NCBI GenBank assembly: GCA_028534125.1
Contig: CM052850.1
Span: 19,840,001-19,904,000, forward strand
Length of the DNA: 64,000 bases
Direction of reading: 5' to 3'
Source: Lama glama
Taxonomy: Eukaryota
Shown piece by piece: positions 1 to 10,630 of the stretch. A model generated the notes under the pieces. That model searched no databases and was not told the DNA's origin. It saw only the letters and a list, made by a program, of their open reading frames with translations. Numbering within the stretch: position 1 is the stretch's first letter; each line of letters starts with the position of its first letter. The position numbers were made by a program, and so were the translations under genes.

Positions 1-474
1 GTGTGCTGGCCTAGCCAGCAGGCGTCTCCCTGGGCCCATTCTATTTCATGCAGATGTTAGGGCTGTCGGCCCCCTTCTCCTCTGTGGTTTTCACTCCATG
101 TCTACCCCAGAACGCCCCTCCCCTGCTTCCCAAATCATCGGTCTTTTGTAGGTGACTACTCCTGAGGGTTGACAGGTGCCAGGTTGGCTCTGGGGGTTCA
201 AGACTTAACGAGACATGGAGCTCCAGGCTTGGGGGGAGGCAGGCGTTGAACAAGTCATGACAGGTATGACGGGAGCTTTGTAGGAGACAAAGCACATGCA
301 TGTGGCCTGGATCTGACCCGTAAAGCTGAGACTGAGTCTCTCATTCCTTCTTCCTGTTCCCCGCCCTCTTTCCCCCGCGGGGCCATTGCGCCTTCGCTTC
401 TTCCGGCTCCCCTGTGTCTGGCTCCCCATCGGCCCTGCCTCTTATATTTGTGCAGTGAAGGCCAGTGTTAGGAG

Positions 475-655
475 AACAGGCCTTCACACGGCAGATCTGG
501 GTTTGAATCCTGACTGCCATTTATTCCTGCTTCTGTAGAGGTGGGCGAGTTGCTTCAAGGCTTTGATTCTATTTCCTTGGGGTTGAACTTGACTCTGTTT
601 CTGGGCAATGCTGAGGATTCAGTGAGGCCCTACTGTGTGTACAGCATGTGACATG
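475..655 (+). mobile_element. MIR SINE (degenerate)
   Basis: gatctgggtttgaatcctgactgcc...gggcgagttgctt...tgaggattcagtgag matches the MIR layout. Confidence 0.6.
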
Positions 656-1494
656 GATTTTGGCCTAGGTGGAGCACTGGTACAGATTGTGGGGGAAGAG
701 AAGGGCCCCGGACTAAGAGTGAGGAAATTGGGTTTCTGGGCCTCTGCCATGTCATCTGGGAAATGGGAGCAGTGAGGTTGAGGACGATGTTAAGTCCTCT
801 GTCGGCCATTTTAGGAGGAGGACGGTTGTGAGGACCCAATGGAAGTAAGGAGCGAAGGGGAAGCAGCTCTTGGTGGCTCGGCAGGTGCTTCTCGGAGGGG
901 GCGCCGGGGAGGATTTATCTTCCTACCCAGGAGTGAAAACCCGCGAAGGCATTGTGGCTAAGTGGATTTTCTCACTGTCAGGAGACAGCTGAGAGACAGA
1001 CCCTTCTGGACAGCCTCCCGCCCCGCTGCCTCCTCCCTGCAGGCCAGCCCTTGGCATGAGGCCTGCTCGGCTCCTGAACCCTCCTAGCAGCAGGGATTTA
1101 ATTACTATAATGTAAGTAGCCATGGCTTGAGGCCTTCTGGCGGAGGGGAAACAGATTTGTCTTCTCACTGGGAGAATAAAAATCGATGGGAAGGAAAAGA
1201 ATTGTTCCTTCCTCTGAAGTACCCACTGCTGTTGGGCTGACGGGTAGCTTTGCTGGGGGGGAGGGTGGCGGGGAGAGAGAGGTGGGGCCAGCAGGGGGAG
1301 GAGACACACCGTCCACTTCAAGGACCCTTGGTACTTGTGTTTGTCTTCCGTGGGATGACTTGGCTAAGCTGCCTGTGTTTCCCCAGATCAGCCATCCAGT
1401 CAACAGCCATGTATCAAGCACCTGCTGTGTGCTTGGCACTGCCCTTTAGAAATTCCTCGCCGCGTACAGAGCCCAGGAAGAAAAATAGGTAACT

Positions 1495-2960
1495 TTATTC
1501 ATTCAGCAAATACTTATTGAACACCTACTATGTGCCGGGACCGTTCTAGGCACCACAGATATAGTAGAAAGAAACCACAAAAGGTGAAAATCCCTCGCCT
1601 CTGGAACTTACATTTTAGCAGGTAAAACTGACAGCGAACTATGTATTAATTATATATTATATTTGACGGAAATACATGATATGAAGAGAAAGGAAGCTGG
1701 GATGAGAGGGCAGGGAGTTCTGAGGGAAGAGTCATCATTTTAAATAAGTGTCTGGGAGGATCTCACAGAGAAGGTGACAATTGATGAAAGATCTTTAGGA
1801 GGGAAGGTGGTGAGCCCGGGGTGGGGGGAAGAGGAAGTTGCAGTATGAAGGCCCTGGGTCAGCATTATACCTGGTGTGGTCTGGACAGCTCTGTCCCGGA
1901 GAAATGGCATGTGAGCCACATCTGGAATTTTACATTGTCCTGTAGCCATGTTAGAGAAAGGAACAACAGAAATGGGAAATTAATGTTAATAATCCTTTTT
2001 ATTTAACCTAGTAGAGTAAAAATATTACCATTTCAACATGTAACCAATGTAAAAAAATACTGAGATAGTTTAGATTCTGCTTTTCATACTAAGTCTTAGA
2101 AATCCAGTGTGTTGTGTATCTTGTAAGCACATCTCAACTGGACACTAAATCTTCCCTGGAAATACCTGATCTGTATTTAGAGTTCATAAAATTGGCAGTT
2201 AAAAAGTAGACTCACATGCCTAGGTTGTTGCAGATATATTTTAAAGTTTTCTAATAAATGAATGGAGTATCATTTTTTAAAGTGTATATTGAAAACTGAA
2301 ATACATTAAAAAATTCCATTGCATTCGCTACACTGCAGGGCCTCAGTGGACATGTGGCCAGTTTCTGCTGTGTTGGACAGCGCAGGTCTTGGGCAGTGAG
2401 GCTGACTTGATGAGTGATGGGGGCGTTGAGGGAGCATGGGGGAGGGTGTGAGGTCAGAGAGGAGGTGGGACCAACTGCCAGGCTTTGTAGGCTGTTCTGA
2501 GGAGTTTGGCTTCTACCCTGGGTGAAATGGGAGCAGATGGAGGGCTCTGAGTGGAGAAGAAACAAGATCTGCCTTACATTTTAATAGGATCGCTCTGGCT
2601 GCGGTGTTGGGAACAGACGAGGGGGTGGGGGCAAAGGCGCCCAGTTAAGAAGCCGTGGTCACAGTCCAGGTGAGGAGTCAAGGTGCTTTGGACCCAGGTG
2701 GTAGCAATGAGATGGTGAGAAGTGGTTGGACCTTTGGAATATTTGGAAGGAAGGCATTCATGATGAACTGCATGCAGGAGTGTGGTGGTGGTGGGGAGGT
2801 GGCAGAGTAAGGGGAGGTCAAGGACGAGGCCAAGATTTTGGCCCAAGCACATGTAAGGATGGAATTTCTGTTAATTGGGTTGGAAATGACTGTGGGAGAA
2901 ACAGTTTTGGGGAGAAGATGGGAGTTTGGGGTTGGACTTGCTAGGTTTGAAATGTGTCGA
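1495..2960 (-). mobile_element. L2 LINE 3' region, interrupted by a hAT transposon
   Basis: Begins with the L2 tail ttcattcagcaaatacttattgaacacctactatgtgcc and resumes after 2386 with typical L2 sequence (ttttaataggatcgctctggctgc, gtggtagcaatgagatggtgagaagtgg). Confidence 0.8.
1886..2385. mobile_element. hAT-Charlie non-autonomous DNA transposon (MER33/Charlie1-like), about 500 bp
   Basis: Terminal inverted repeats cagctctgtcc...ggacagcgcag; AT-rich body with Charlie1-type motifs (aaaatattaccatttcaacatgtaacc, gcacatctcaactggac, gacatgtggccagt). Confidence 0.8.
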
Positions 2961-3649
2961 TTTCAACACAACATGGGTAGCATGTGCCCCGAGGCTGTGG
3001 GGGGTCGGAGACCTGGGACACGGAAAGCTTCTGCCTGAACCCCTGGGCCCTGAGGGAAGGCTCCCCTTGCATTCCAGAGGACAGTTCCCAGCACAGCTGG
3101 CCACGTTTTTAAAGAATTCAAATAAGTTCTCTGTGCTTCCAGCACTATCGGTGCTTACTCTCTGAAGGTCACTGGAAGCTTCTAGGATCTTCTGGGTCAG
3201 AGCCATATTTCAAGGTCACATCTCCCTGCTCTGGGCTGACCCGAGAGCAGTTTGATGAATTAAAAAGAGTCATAGTGGTCAACAGCTCCCCCAGCATTCT
3301 GGGGAGGCCAATATTATGGGAAGTTACTGAAACAATACAAAACTCTAAAGACATGTATTCCTGATTCCGCAGCACTTTAACTGCACAGGGATGTGGGGGA
3401 AGGGATTCACGGTCTCACAGCCCGGGAGGAGGATAGGGCCAGCTTCCTGGGAACCCCCAGCCCTCGTGTTCACCAGCCACGTCCCCAGGTACCCAGGGCT
3501 CTCAGGGACCTGCCGAGTCCTGTCACACCTGTTTGCTTGTCAGCTGGGAGGAGAGCTGGGAAAAGGGGCAGGAGTGGCTTTGAAGGTCTTCTCCCAACCC
3601 TTCTGGTGTCCGATGCTGGGACCTGGGCCTGGAGGGTGAGGGTCTTGGG

Positions 3650-3870
3650 ACCTGGGGACTAAGGCCACTCCATTCTGGCAGCCCAGGGTCCAGATCCAGA
3701 ACCTGATCCTTATTGGCTGTGAGACTTCAGTGATTTAATTTTTGAGTTCGTTGGCCCATCTGTTGAATGGGTGTGATGGTGCCTGCCTTGCAGTTGTGGG
3801 AAGTGATGTTAATGAATGACCTTAGCCCAGAGATGTGACACTTGGTAAATGCTGACTTGGTAAATACCGT
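3650..3870 (+). mobile_element. MIR SINE
   Basis: ggctgtgagacttcagtgatttaat...catctgttgaatgggtgtgatggtgcctgccttgcagttgtg is a decayed MIR core. Confidence 0.6.
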
Positions 3871-4102
3871 TTCCCTTCTTCCTTCCACTGATGTAAGAAC
3901 TGCTTGCAGGCAGGCCAGTTCTGGCCCTGGAGTGGTGGGAGGTGGTGCAGAAGGGAACACCTGAAGTGGTGTTGGAGCAAGGATGCCCAACGAGCAGCAT
4001 GAGTAGAAGAGAAAGGAGCACCTGCCTGAATGGGGGGAGTGAGAATGAGGTGGGGGTCTCCTCCCTTTCCTGAGGCCTGGATCTATCTCTGTGCCTTTAG
4101 GT

Positions 4103-4315
4103 CAAGGTTTCAGCTGGGGCGACTTTGCTCCCCAGGGGGCTGTTTGGCAATGTCCACAGACATTCTCAGTCATCACGACTAGGGGAGGGATGTTACAGAC
4201 GTCTGGTGGAGAGAGGCCAGGGATGCTGGTAAACATCGCACAACACCCAGGACAGTCCCCGCTACAAAGAATTACCCGGCCCTGGTGTCAGCAGTACGGA
4301 GGCTGGGGAACCCTG
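4103..4315 (+). mobile_element. MER20 hAT-Charlie DNA transposon, near full length
   Basis: ggggcgactttgctccccagggggctgtttggcaatgtc...gaggccagggatgctggtaaacatc...aaagaattacccggccc; 8-bp TSD ctttaggt (4095-4102) / ctttagat (4316-4323). Confidence 0.9.
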
Positions 4316-5199
4316 CTTTAGATGACTCATCCTCGCAGGCTGCTTAGGAGGAGATGAGAAAACGGACGAGGTTGCTTTATTACCTTCAGTGTACCATCCT
4401 AATCCCTCTCTTCCCCCACCTCATCCCAGGGGCAGCCCTGTGTGTGGGGGGACTCTGGCCCAGGAGTCGGAAGACCCGAGTTCAAGGCCCAACTCAATGG
4501 AGTGCTTCCTTGTGTCTGATCCCCGTGTCTTTCATCCTTGCGGTCTCCTGTGTAAATGGGGCAGTGGTGTCTCGCGGTGGTGGGCTGTGGCATGGACCCG
4601 ATCGGAGCCTGCATGGGGAAGATGCTCATCTGTGCGATGTGCTGACAGACGGGAGGTGGCAGGATGAGAGACTTTTGACACTTGCACCAATGATACTTGA
4701 GGATGGCGGGACAGAGCCAAGGAACAGCCCTCTGCCCTGCTGGGCCACAGGCTGTTCCCCCCAGGCCTGCTCCCTTTTGCTTCTTGTTTTGTGTTTTCTT
4801 GAACAGGTGGAGCTGAAGTCTCCTCTTGGGAAGACGGAATTTGCAGGAAAATGCAGGGCTATTATTTCTGTGCTGTGTGAGTGGGAGACAGAGCTGGGTG
4901 AGTGGCAGATTTCCCGGCAGGGGAGAGACAGCTGAGTGCTCCAGCCTGGGCATTGCTAGAATCCTTTTGGGGTGGGTGGGCCAGGATTCCCTAGTAGCCA
5001 CCTCGGGAAACAAATCTTTGTTCTGAGCTCAAGACTGGCTCCAGGGAAAGACCAAGGCCTGGCTGTCCGGGAAGGGTCTGCATCAATATGGTGAAGCTCT
5101 GAGGACGCTCTTCTGGGTTCGGCGCCAGGCACTGTCCCCAGAAATGTTGGGGGACAGAGAGATGGACAGTGCATGGTTGGGGAGTGGCCAGGCCACCAT

Positions 5200-5720
5200 A
5201 ACTCCTAGGAAAGGCAGACTGTGATACGTGCCCTAATGAGGGACAATGTCACACTGAGGGCACATCTGGGGGCTTCTTAGAGAAAGTGGGGGTGGCACGG
5301 GCTTCGTAGGTAGGGACGGCTTCCTGAGGCCAAAGGGAAAGTGTACTCTGAGCCGCAGGCAGTTTGGGCAGAGGCCTAAAGTTGGAGAGCACCTGGTGTT
5401 CTCAGGGACAAAGGAGGTAGGCTTTTCTGGAAGCGTTCGGAAGAGAAGACTCAAAAGGGATGTGAAAGCTGCCCACGGGGGCTTGCACACGGGGCCGAGG
5501 AGTTTGCACTATTGTCTCAAGGCACAGAGAGCCATGGGAGTTATCTGAGTGGAACAGTGTTGTGCTCAAACCCCAGCAGAGGATGGATTCCAAAAGGAGC
5601 AGGGAGGCTGGCTGGAAGGTTATTGCAATAGTTCTAGCAAAGGAGAGGTGAAGGCTTGAACCAGGCTGGGGGCCAAGGGAGGGAAGGTGTGTGAACAGGG
5701 TAGGGCTTTGTGGAGACAGG
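5200..5720 (-). mobile_element. L2 LINE fragment
   Basis: L2-like segments: ggcttcctgagg, gagccatgggagttatctgag, ggttattgcaatagttctagcaaaggagaggtgaaggcttgaaccagg. Confidence 0.6.
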
Positions 5721-5861
5721 TGATGTGTAGTGTTCACATTTCTCCATCCTGGATAACTAGCTTGTGTGTAAGGGTCAGAGTGAGTACTGTGGCCTGATCC
5801 CTTCCCCGCTCTGCTCAAAGCCAGCGCCTTCTTGGAGGGCGGACAGGCAGCTGTGAGCCCC

Positions 5862-6002
5862 GGAGCAGCCTGCCAGTCCCGGAGGGCGGGGTGGCCCAGT
5901 GCCCGCCCCAGCCACCCCGGCTGGGGGGCTTTCCTTCTGGAACCCACGGGGCTCAGCGTTGGCCTCTTGCCAGGCCCGAGGGAGATGGAACACACCCTCT
6001 TC
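5862..6002 (+). repeat. Left arm of a long inverted repeat (weaker homology extends to about 5798)
   Basis: Reverse complement of 7799-7948; core gggggctttccttctggaaccca...ccaggcccgagggagatggaacacaccctcttc. Confidence 0.92.
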
Positions 6003-6039
6003 CTGCTCGTTTTCAAAGATCGGGGAGGGAGAGCGCCAG

Positions 6040-6240
6040 CGTGCTGGAGCCAGCTACGCTTGGGCTCACGTTGCAGCTCGGGTGCTGACAGGCTGTGCGG
6101 TTGGGCAGGTTGCCCGGTCTCCCTGAACCTCAGCCTGTGCATGTGTGAAATGGGGGTCACAGTGTTCAGCCCCCAGGGTGTTGTGGGAGAGGATTAATAA
6201 GAACACAGCTGTAAAGTTCTTAGCTCAGTACATGGCCACT
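6040..6240 (+). mobile_element. MIR SINE, GC-enriched
   Basis: ttgggcaggttgcccggtctccctgaacctcagcc...tgaaatggggg...gaggattaataag...tgtaaagttcttagctcagtacatggc. Confidence 0.7.
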
Positions 6241-7309
6241 ATTTCAATTTACAAGACCCAGAGACAGACGGGTGTGGCGGGGTGAAGAGAGGCAGGACCG
6301 AGTTGCCTATAAAGGAGATGGAGGCCCGGGAAGTGGTTGAGATGGTGAGTTCTGTCTTGGGTGTGTCGGCTGAGGAGTAGGGGGAGTCCCTGGAGGATAT
6401 CCTGTGGGAATCAGGTGGTGCTGGCAGTCTTCCGGCAGTGGGGAGTCACGGGGAGTCACAGGGAGCATCCTTACTAGTAACTTGGAATCTTTCCCAAACC
6501 CCAGCCTCACTGCAGGGGGTCCCAGTGTGGAGCTCGGGGGTCAGCCCAGCCTTGGTCCTCCACGCCTCCCGCCCAGAGGATGGCCCCACCTCTGCCCAGG
6601 GACCTGCTGAGTCTTGGCGCAGTGCCGGCTCCAGAGAGGAGAGAGCCCTGGATTTGGGGTCAGTGACCTGACATTCGCCCTGGTTCTGTCCCCTCCCTGT
6701 CAGGGCAAGCCTGGCAGGTGTGTGGGCTTTCTGAGGGGCAGCGCCCTCATCCACAAAGTGGAGACAGTTGTCAGGAGGATCTGTGAGGTGAGGGCTGGGA
6801 AGGCCTCCCACAGGCACCTTTTTTAGGGGCCCTCAGCAAACGTTTGGTGAATGAGTGGAGGGAAGGCTGGGCGGTGGGCAGAGAGGGATGGTGGGAGGCG
6901 GCCCCGAGGAGAGGCCAGGGGACAGGGCGGGCAGCGAGGGGGTCAGGGAGACCCCGCCTCAGCTCCTGGCTCTGCCGCTTGCTTCCGGGTGACTTTGAGC
7001 TTCGGTGTCTTCCTCATTACTGCTATGTGCGGGTGGTGGGGATGGGAGGTTGGGTTGCGGGGCCGCTTTCGTGCTGCCTTGCAGGGTGTTGACAGGCCTG
7101 GAGGGAGAAACAGATCTAGAGGGACACACGGAGTGTCCACATCCCTCCGTTAGTAAGCACAGGAGGCAGTGAGAGCGCAAGCGCCCCCGAGAGGGCGGTC
7201 CCCGAGTGCCTCCCTTTCCTCGACTGTTGGAGCGCGGAGAGAAGGGGTGCTTCCGAAGGCCCGGCTTTTTCGCTGCCCTGACTGTGTTCCTTTGCTCTTT
7301 CCTCTCCAG

Positions 7310-7515
7310 AAGCATGACCCAGCCCTACGGACACTGGCTGTAGCCGCCTCAGGGAGCCGGGGCATCACGGCGGGGCAGGGCCTGTAGGGGAGCAGTCTGT
7401 AGAGAATATAAAAACGTAAAAATAAATAAAACCGACGAAAAGTCGGTTCACTTTTATTATCACCAGGCACCTGCTCTTCTAAATAAAATTTGGGATGAAA
7501 CCGTCCCCCTTGCGG
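7310..7515. mobile_element. Probable decayed hAT-Charlie element (MER113-like)
   Basis: The AT-rich core aaataaataaaaccgacgaaaagtcggttcacttttattatcacca...ttctaaataaaatttgggatgaaa resembles my recollection of a Charlie/MER113 consensus; not verified. Confidence 0.4.
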
Positions 7516-7798
7516 GCCAGATGCTCCCAGCCCCGCCCTTGGTGAGCCCCTGCCTGATGGCCCTCCAGGGAAGAGCCTTGGAACTGTCAGTTCTGGGCGG
7601 ACACTCACGGAACCCTAGCCGAGGAAGCAGAGATGGTCTGGAGGGTGGGCCATGCATGACTGCAGTGGCAGCCCGGCCTTGGGGCCCAGGGGACCTCCCT
7701 GGGAAGTGAGGGGAGAGCAGGGGATGAGGAGGTGCGGGGAGTGCCGACTGTGAGCTCAGGCTAGGAAGGCGTTGTCTAGGCCCCTTGGACGCTGGCGT

Positions 7799-7948
7799 GA
7801 AGAGGGTGTGTTCCACCTCCCTCGGGCCTGGCAGGAGGCCAGCGCTGAGCTCCATGGGTTCCAGAAGGAAAGCCCCCGGCCAGGGCGGCTGGTGCCAGCT
7901 GGTGTGGGCACTGGGCGGCCCCGCTCCATGGGACTGGCGGGCTGCTCC
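7799..7948 (-). repeat. Right arm of a long inverted repeat (weaker homology extends to about 8040)
   Basis: gaagagggtgtgttccacctccctcgggcctggcagg...ccagaaggaaagccccc...gggactggcgggctgctcc pairs with 5862-6002. Confidence 0.92.
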
Positions 7949-10439
7949 TCAGCCCCGACGGAGGGACTGGGGAGGGGGGGACCCAGGCTTGCTCTGGGGC
8001 TCCTGTAGCTGGGAGGGGTTTGAGGGAGGCGGGAGGCAGGCCGAGACGCACATTTCTCCACCTTGCAGAACAACGATGTGCACCAGGGTCAAAATAAGCC
8101 CTTTTGGGCTTTAATGACCATGGTTTAACAGGTTTCCCTGCAGGGCTGTGGGAGGGGCCCGTGTGGAGGGATTGTGGGAGCGTTTCTCCTGACCGGAGAG
8201 GCTCAGCGGATGTACAAGGAGGAAAGCGTGTCCCTGTGGCTGGCTGCGGCTTGCGGCCCCAGGGAAGTGTGTGACTGGGATCCGGCAGCCTTTGGCCCAT
8301 TTTCTGCGTGAACCCCTGGGAGGGCTGCTTGCCAGGGATCAGCAAGGCCCGTGTCTGTTTTGAAGCCACATGCCTTCGGTTGTTGCTGTATCTGAAGCAG
8401 AGATGCATCAGTCCAGATGGGCCTCAGTGGTCCTGTGTGGTAGGGCCCCTGCAGTGAGGAGAGCAGAGAACTTTGGGACTTCGGGGCATGAGAGTCCCTT
8501 TTCTGGATCTGCTCCCCAAGGCAGGTGTGTTCGGTTCCATCTGGAGCCCTTTTGGAACCAGGGAGTGGGCTGGTGTATTGCTGTCTGGGGCTTCTGGGGC
8601 TGAGCAGCCAGGCTAAGCTTAGCCCAGAGACACTTCCTAGAAACTCAAGGCACCATCACAGTATTGGCTGGATGTTGAGGAGTGGCACGAGGTAGTGCAC
8701 GAACGGGAAACAGGTTTTATCAGGGTGTCAGCTCTGAACAATTGGTACCAGCTGCCAGAAGGGATATTTTGAGAAGGATTCTGAGGTGTGATCTGAGCTT
8801 GGTGGGAAGAGTTGATTCGTGATGTCTCTCCTGGGCAAGGAGGGATGGAGGAGGGGCAAGGTGTTTGCCATCTCTGGCATAGTGGAAAGGGAGCCTACGT
8901 TTTATCTCGGGTGAGTAACTTTTATCTCTGGGCCCCAGTTTCCACATCTCTAAAATGGGAGTGAAAATGTTACCCTTCCAACCTCATAGGCTTATTGTGG
9001 GGACTGAGTAAGAGAGTGGAGTGAAAGTACTTTGTCAAAGACAAAAAAACTGATTCATGTGCAGAATGGGGGTTCTGTAGTCATGGAATCACTCAGGGCC
9101 CCCAGATGACCTAATAACAGTGATGTCTGCAGTCATTGCTTTCTCTGCTGCACTGAGGACCAGACCACTCTGCGGTGTGCGTTAAGAGCCATGGCTCACG
9201 TGACGGGGGCCTGCGTCGTGCCTGACACCCAGGCCCTTTGTACACTCTTGGCCAAAGTGTCAACAAAGTGTCCGGTTGGAATTCACTTCATTTCTCTCAC
9301 TGACCCTCTCCCCAACTTGAAAGATTTAGAGACTGTTTTTGTGTTTAACGAGAAAAGGACAGAAAATCTCTCCCCTTGACTCTTACACTCCATTAAAGAT
9401 AGCAGAATTGCTTTACCAAGTCTGAAAGCCTGACAAGAGGATGTACTAATAACGCATGAATTATGCAAATCTGTATAGTCATTTGATTTGCATAATGGAG
9501 GGGCAGGAGGAGGGCTGGGGAGGGGAGAGAGCGGGGGTGAGGGCACCTGCCCAGATCTGTGTGTGATGGGGACACCCCTTCTCTCCTCCCTCCTCAACTT
9601 CTAGTCCTGAGGGTGACTGCTTCTCAGCCTTTCCCTGCTGGCCCTGTGTCTGGCCCTCTGCCGGCTGGCTTACACGGCCATCCCTCCCCCTCACAGGAGT
9701 GTCACCCAGGCAGGGACATATCGCCCTGTGCTCCTCTCTCATGTGGAACTGGCTTCATTAAATCTCACAGCAGCCCCTCCGTGTACAGACAGCTTTCCCG
9801 GAGAAGTCCCCGGGGTCATTATTTCACCAAACTGTTCTGTCTCTCGGAGGTCGTGGACTTAGTTAAGCGCCGTCTGGAATTGTAACCGTTGCCAAGTGCC
9901 TTTTCCTCTGGCTCTGTGGGAAGTGAGTGTGAGAAGGTGTCTAGAGGAGAGAACTCCCGTGACGCCCCTGGTTTCTGATCACTGCTCGATGGGTCTGGGC
10001 CTCTGGCTGTGAAGCAGGCTCCATCTTCTGCTTTCCCTCCCGGCTTCCCTGAGCCCTTTCTATCTTAAGATTTCAGATTTGATTAGGGCTGAAGTTGGGG
10101 CGGGGGTACTTGAGGCCTGGCCCTAGTGGGTGCTGTCTGGGAGCCTGGGTGGAGGGGGGCACAGACTGAAGGGGTGTGGGTACCAGCTAAGGAGGCAGGG
10201 GGGCAGTGGTAGGGGCCGGGCAGCTGGCTGCTCCAGAAAGTGTTGATCCTTCGCTCGGTGGGGCAGCTTCTTGTCCTGGAGGACGTTCTGTGAGGCAGCT
10301 GCAGGGACCAGTCCTGGCTGGGAGTGGGCAGGGGTGTCTAGCTTCTGGAAGGGCCGAGCTCTGTGGGCCAGGTCTCACGTTAGGCGCTAGAACCGTGGAG
10401 ATAAAAAAGCACTTGTGTGTCCCACTTCCTGAGCTCCTG

Positions 10440-10630
10440 CCCTCGGTGCCGATCCTGTGCTATACCCCGTGTTTCAATGTGTCATCTCAGTTAATGTTCA
10501 CAACAGCTTGATGAAGTCACTGCTCTTATTTCCCCATTTTATAGATGAGTAAGTTGAATCTTGGTCACAGGGCCAGTAAGTGGCAAAGCTAGGTCTTCTG
10601 AGTCCGTAGCCCTTTCTCCTGACCACAGCG
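10440..10630 (-). mobile_element. MIR SINE
   Basis: ttattccccattttatagatgagtaagttgaa...ggtcacagggccagtaagtggcaaagct. Confidence 0.7.

Noticed and set aside
5402-6160. Longest ORFs (252 aa at 5402-6160; 210 aa at 7776-8408) sharing peptides such as GGLSFWNP and EHTLF
   Set aside because: The shared peptides simply reflect the inverted DNA repeat. The ORFs run across L2/MIR relics in GC-rich DNA and resemble no protein I know.
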